Source: Octopus sinensis (taxonomy: Eukaryota). From it: 9,442 nt of DNA. The notes beneath the pieces were generated by a model. It was not told the DNA's origin. It saw nothing but the letters and a program-made list of their open reading frames with translations, and ran no database searches. The DNA lies in contig NW_021828019.1 in NCBI RefSeq assembly GCF_006345805.1, forward strand, positions 1 to 9,442, read 5' to 3'. Made by a program: the position numbers and the translations under genes. Position 1 is the first letter of the stretch, and the number at the start of each line of letters is the position of its first letter. Below are positions 7,032-9,442 of this stretch, piece by piece.

Positions 7032-7747
7032 TTAATCAATATAGGGTGGCAAAAAATTTTGTAGAATTTTTTGCCACCAGCGGCCTAGTGGGAAAAAATT
7101 AAATAGTCATGACCATTTATAAGGTCAACATCACAATCAAGGAACGGCCATAATAGGCCATTCACCCACTAAAATAACAGCCAAAGCTTCAACCGCAAAA
7201 TAACATTAATGCCGCAAACCAGGAGAAAATTAAAAAACCATTTACCCTGTAATTTCTTATACGATGCACCCGTTTCATCTACTCTGTTTAATGGTAAACT
7301 AACCTGATTAAGTAAATCAAGAGCCATCAATCTTCCATAGGCCCTTAGATTCGTCAGTAAGAAATAGCCAGAACGGAACATATATTTTCACGAGGCATTT
7401 CTGTCCCTGCCTCGGCAATATCTGACCTAAAATTTCAAATCATCGCACTCGCGCCAAATTATCGGCAGCAAATAAATATAAGCCGCCGATTCCATTACGG
7501 AATCAACCAGAAAATTCATAATTAATCAATATAGGGTGGCAAAAAAATTTTGTAGAATTTTTTGCCACCAGCGGCCTAGTGGGAAAAAATTAAATAGTCA
7601 TAGACCATTATAAGTTCAACAACACAATCAAGGAACGGCCATAATAGGCCATTCACCCACTAGAATAACAGCCAAAAAAAGCTTCAACAAACGCAAAATA
7701 ACATTAATTCCGCAAACCAGGAGAAAATTAAAAACATTTACCCTGTA
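7032..7747 (+). repeat. Head-to-tail tandem duplication, 490-bp period, about 1.45 units
   Basis: 7032-7251 aligns with 7522-7747 (both start ttaatcaatatagggtggc and end tttaccctgta), with a few substitutions and small indels. Confidence 0.95.
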
Positions 7748-7754
7748 TAAGAAT

Positions 7755-7875
7755 TACACGCGCACACGAAACGCACGCACACACGCATACACATATATGT
7801 ATATACATACACATATTTTGTGTCGGTGCATGTTTGCACATGTGTGTGTATATACATATAAACACCCATACATAC
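7755..7875. repeat. Degenerate (CA)/(TA)/(TG) low-complexity tract
   Basis: Read directly. Confidence 0.8.
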
Positions 7876-7924
7876 AAACCTGCGCAAAGAGATGTGGAGA
7901 GATGAGAGTGCAGAAGAGTTAGAC

Positions 7925-7940
7925 ACGGATAGATAAATAA

Positions 7941-8005
<65 letters not shown>

Positions 8006-8202
8006 CGATGGATAGATAGAGGTAGAGAGAGAGAGAGAGAGATAGAGGTAGAGAGAGAGATAGAGGTAGAGAGAGAGATAGAGGTAGAGAGAGAGATAGA
8101 TAGACAGATAGATAAACTGAGACAGACAGAGAGACAGAGAGAAAGACAGAGAGACAGTCAGACAGACAGACAGTCAGTCAGACAGACAGTTAATTAGATA
8201 GA
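7925..8202. repeat. Compound (GATA)n / (GA)n / (GACA)n microsatellite
   Basis: GATA run at ~7943-8004, GATAGAGGTA(GA)n units at 8015-8100, GACA/GTCA units at ~8100-8190. Confidence 0.95.
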
Positions 8203-8499
8203 TAGTTTGGTAGATATTTTGACATAAGTTTGTATATGCAAATGTTGGCGAGTTTTAAATACTTGAGTCGTTACGGTTGAATTCTCTGTGAAATTTGGAG
8301 TCAGTTTCTTGCTATTGTTCGTATGCCAACACCCTGTCTCTTTTTTTTTTTTTCATAGACCGTCTCTCTACCATTATGTTCGTGTACCAAATTCTCCCTT
8401 AGTTCTATGTGCTGGGGTGTGTACGTGTGTGACTGTGTCGTATGCGCTAGTGTGTGTCAGCTGTATATTCACAGATTTATACCTTCATACATACACAGC

Positions 8500-8519
8500 A
8501 TACACACACACACACACGC

Positions 8520-8569
<50 letters not shown>

Positions 8570-8589
8570 ATATAAATATATATATATAT

Positions 8590-8628
<39 letters not shown>

Positions 8629-8737
8629 CGTATATATATATAGATATATTATATATATATATGTATATACGTATATATATATTATATTCATATATATATA
8701 TATACGTTACATATATACATATATATGTATATATATT

Positions 8738-8781
<44 letters not shown>

Positions 8782-8928
8782 GATATACATATATTTATAT
8801 TTATTATATTATATATATATGTGTATATATATATATTATATTTATATATATATTTATATACATATATATATAAATATAAATATATGTATACCTATATATA
8901 TACATACATATATATAGATAATATATAG

Positions 8929-8960
<32 letters not shown>

Positions 8961-8996
8961 ATATATGTATATATATTATATATATACATGTGTGTG
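8500..8996. repeat. Long interrupted (TA)n-dominated tract (~490 bp) with short CA/TG ends
   Basis: Almost entirely alternating A/T, with scattered interruptions. Confidence 0.95.
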
Positions 8997-9167
8997 TCCA
9001 TCAGTGTGTTGAACGTGCGAGTATTTGCGCTTCAGTTCGTTTAATATATTTCCACCGCGTTTCCCATATAATACCGCTTGCTTATTTTATTTGTTTCACG
9101 AATCAACTTCTGTTTGCTCCAATCATTATATTTGTTTATGTTTGTTATTAAAACCGCAAGATTTTTA

Positions 9168-9205
9168 TCTGTGCGCGCGCGTGTGTGTGTTGTGTGTGTG
9201 TGTAT
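9168..9205. repeat. (GC)n(GT)n microsatellite
   Basis: gtgcgcgcgcgtgtgtgtgttgtgtgtgtgtg. Confidence 0.9.
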
Positions 9206-9317
9206 CTTTGAGTCTGTACGTTTCTGTACGTTTCTCTCTATGTTTTTGGTTCTGTTTTTATATCGAATATATTTTAACTGTTCTCTCCTGTTTTGTTCTA
9301 TCCTGGTGTCTTTAAAG

Positions 9318-9406
9318 AAAATTTTGCGTTTTCTTTTTTTTTTATTATTTTAATTTTTATTTTTGTCCTCTCGTACTTTATGGTTGTTGATTGTCTGCCA
9401 AAACAG
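9318..9406 (+). promoter_or_regulatory. Candidate 3' splice site (AG-free T-rich tract ending in CAG)
   Basis: No AG between 9318 and 9404, a long T-rich tract, TTGAT at 9387-9391, and CAG|G at 9404-9407. Confidence 0.25.
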
Positions 9407-9442
9407 GAGTGAGCCTGTTATGCTTTATTTTCATGAAAACTG

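Noticed and set aside
7045-7078. Rho-independent terminator
   Set aside because: Eukaryotic context, no U-tract after the stem and no upstream gene.
7032-7747. CRISPR-like array (palindromic repeat recurring)
   Set aside because: Only two copies, 490 bp apart, with duplicated rather than unique intervening sequence; eukaryotic context and no cas genes.
8288-9353. Several ORFs of 65-96 aa near the right end
   Set aside because: Derived from (TA)n, (GT)n and T-rich low-complexity sequence.

Overview
AT-rich, non-coding, repeat-saturated eukaryotic genomic DNA with no credible protein-coding gene. Most supplied ORFs are microsatellite or low-complexity translations (YIYI, HTHT, CVCV, MYVC), and none shows a recognisable domain. 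The microsatellite density and several tRNA-derived SINE copies resemble Octopus (cephalopod) DNA; this is an inference from remembered repeat sequences, not a database search. The window contains many compound microsatellites, at least six SINE copies or fragments (two inverted pairs), and a ~1 kb element between (TA)n tracts. That element has a 63-bp direct repeat, and each copy is preceded by a hammerhead-ribozyme-like fold, which is Penelope/retrozyme-like; both cores are non-canonical. There is also a 148-bp near-perfect palindrome (MITE-like), a 490-bp-period tandem duplication carrying a hairpin plus CTAG|T (Helitron-3'-end-like), a possible eroded RTE-LINE 3' end, and a possible splice acceptor at the right edge.
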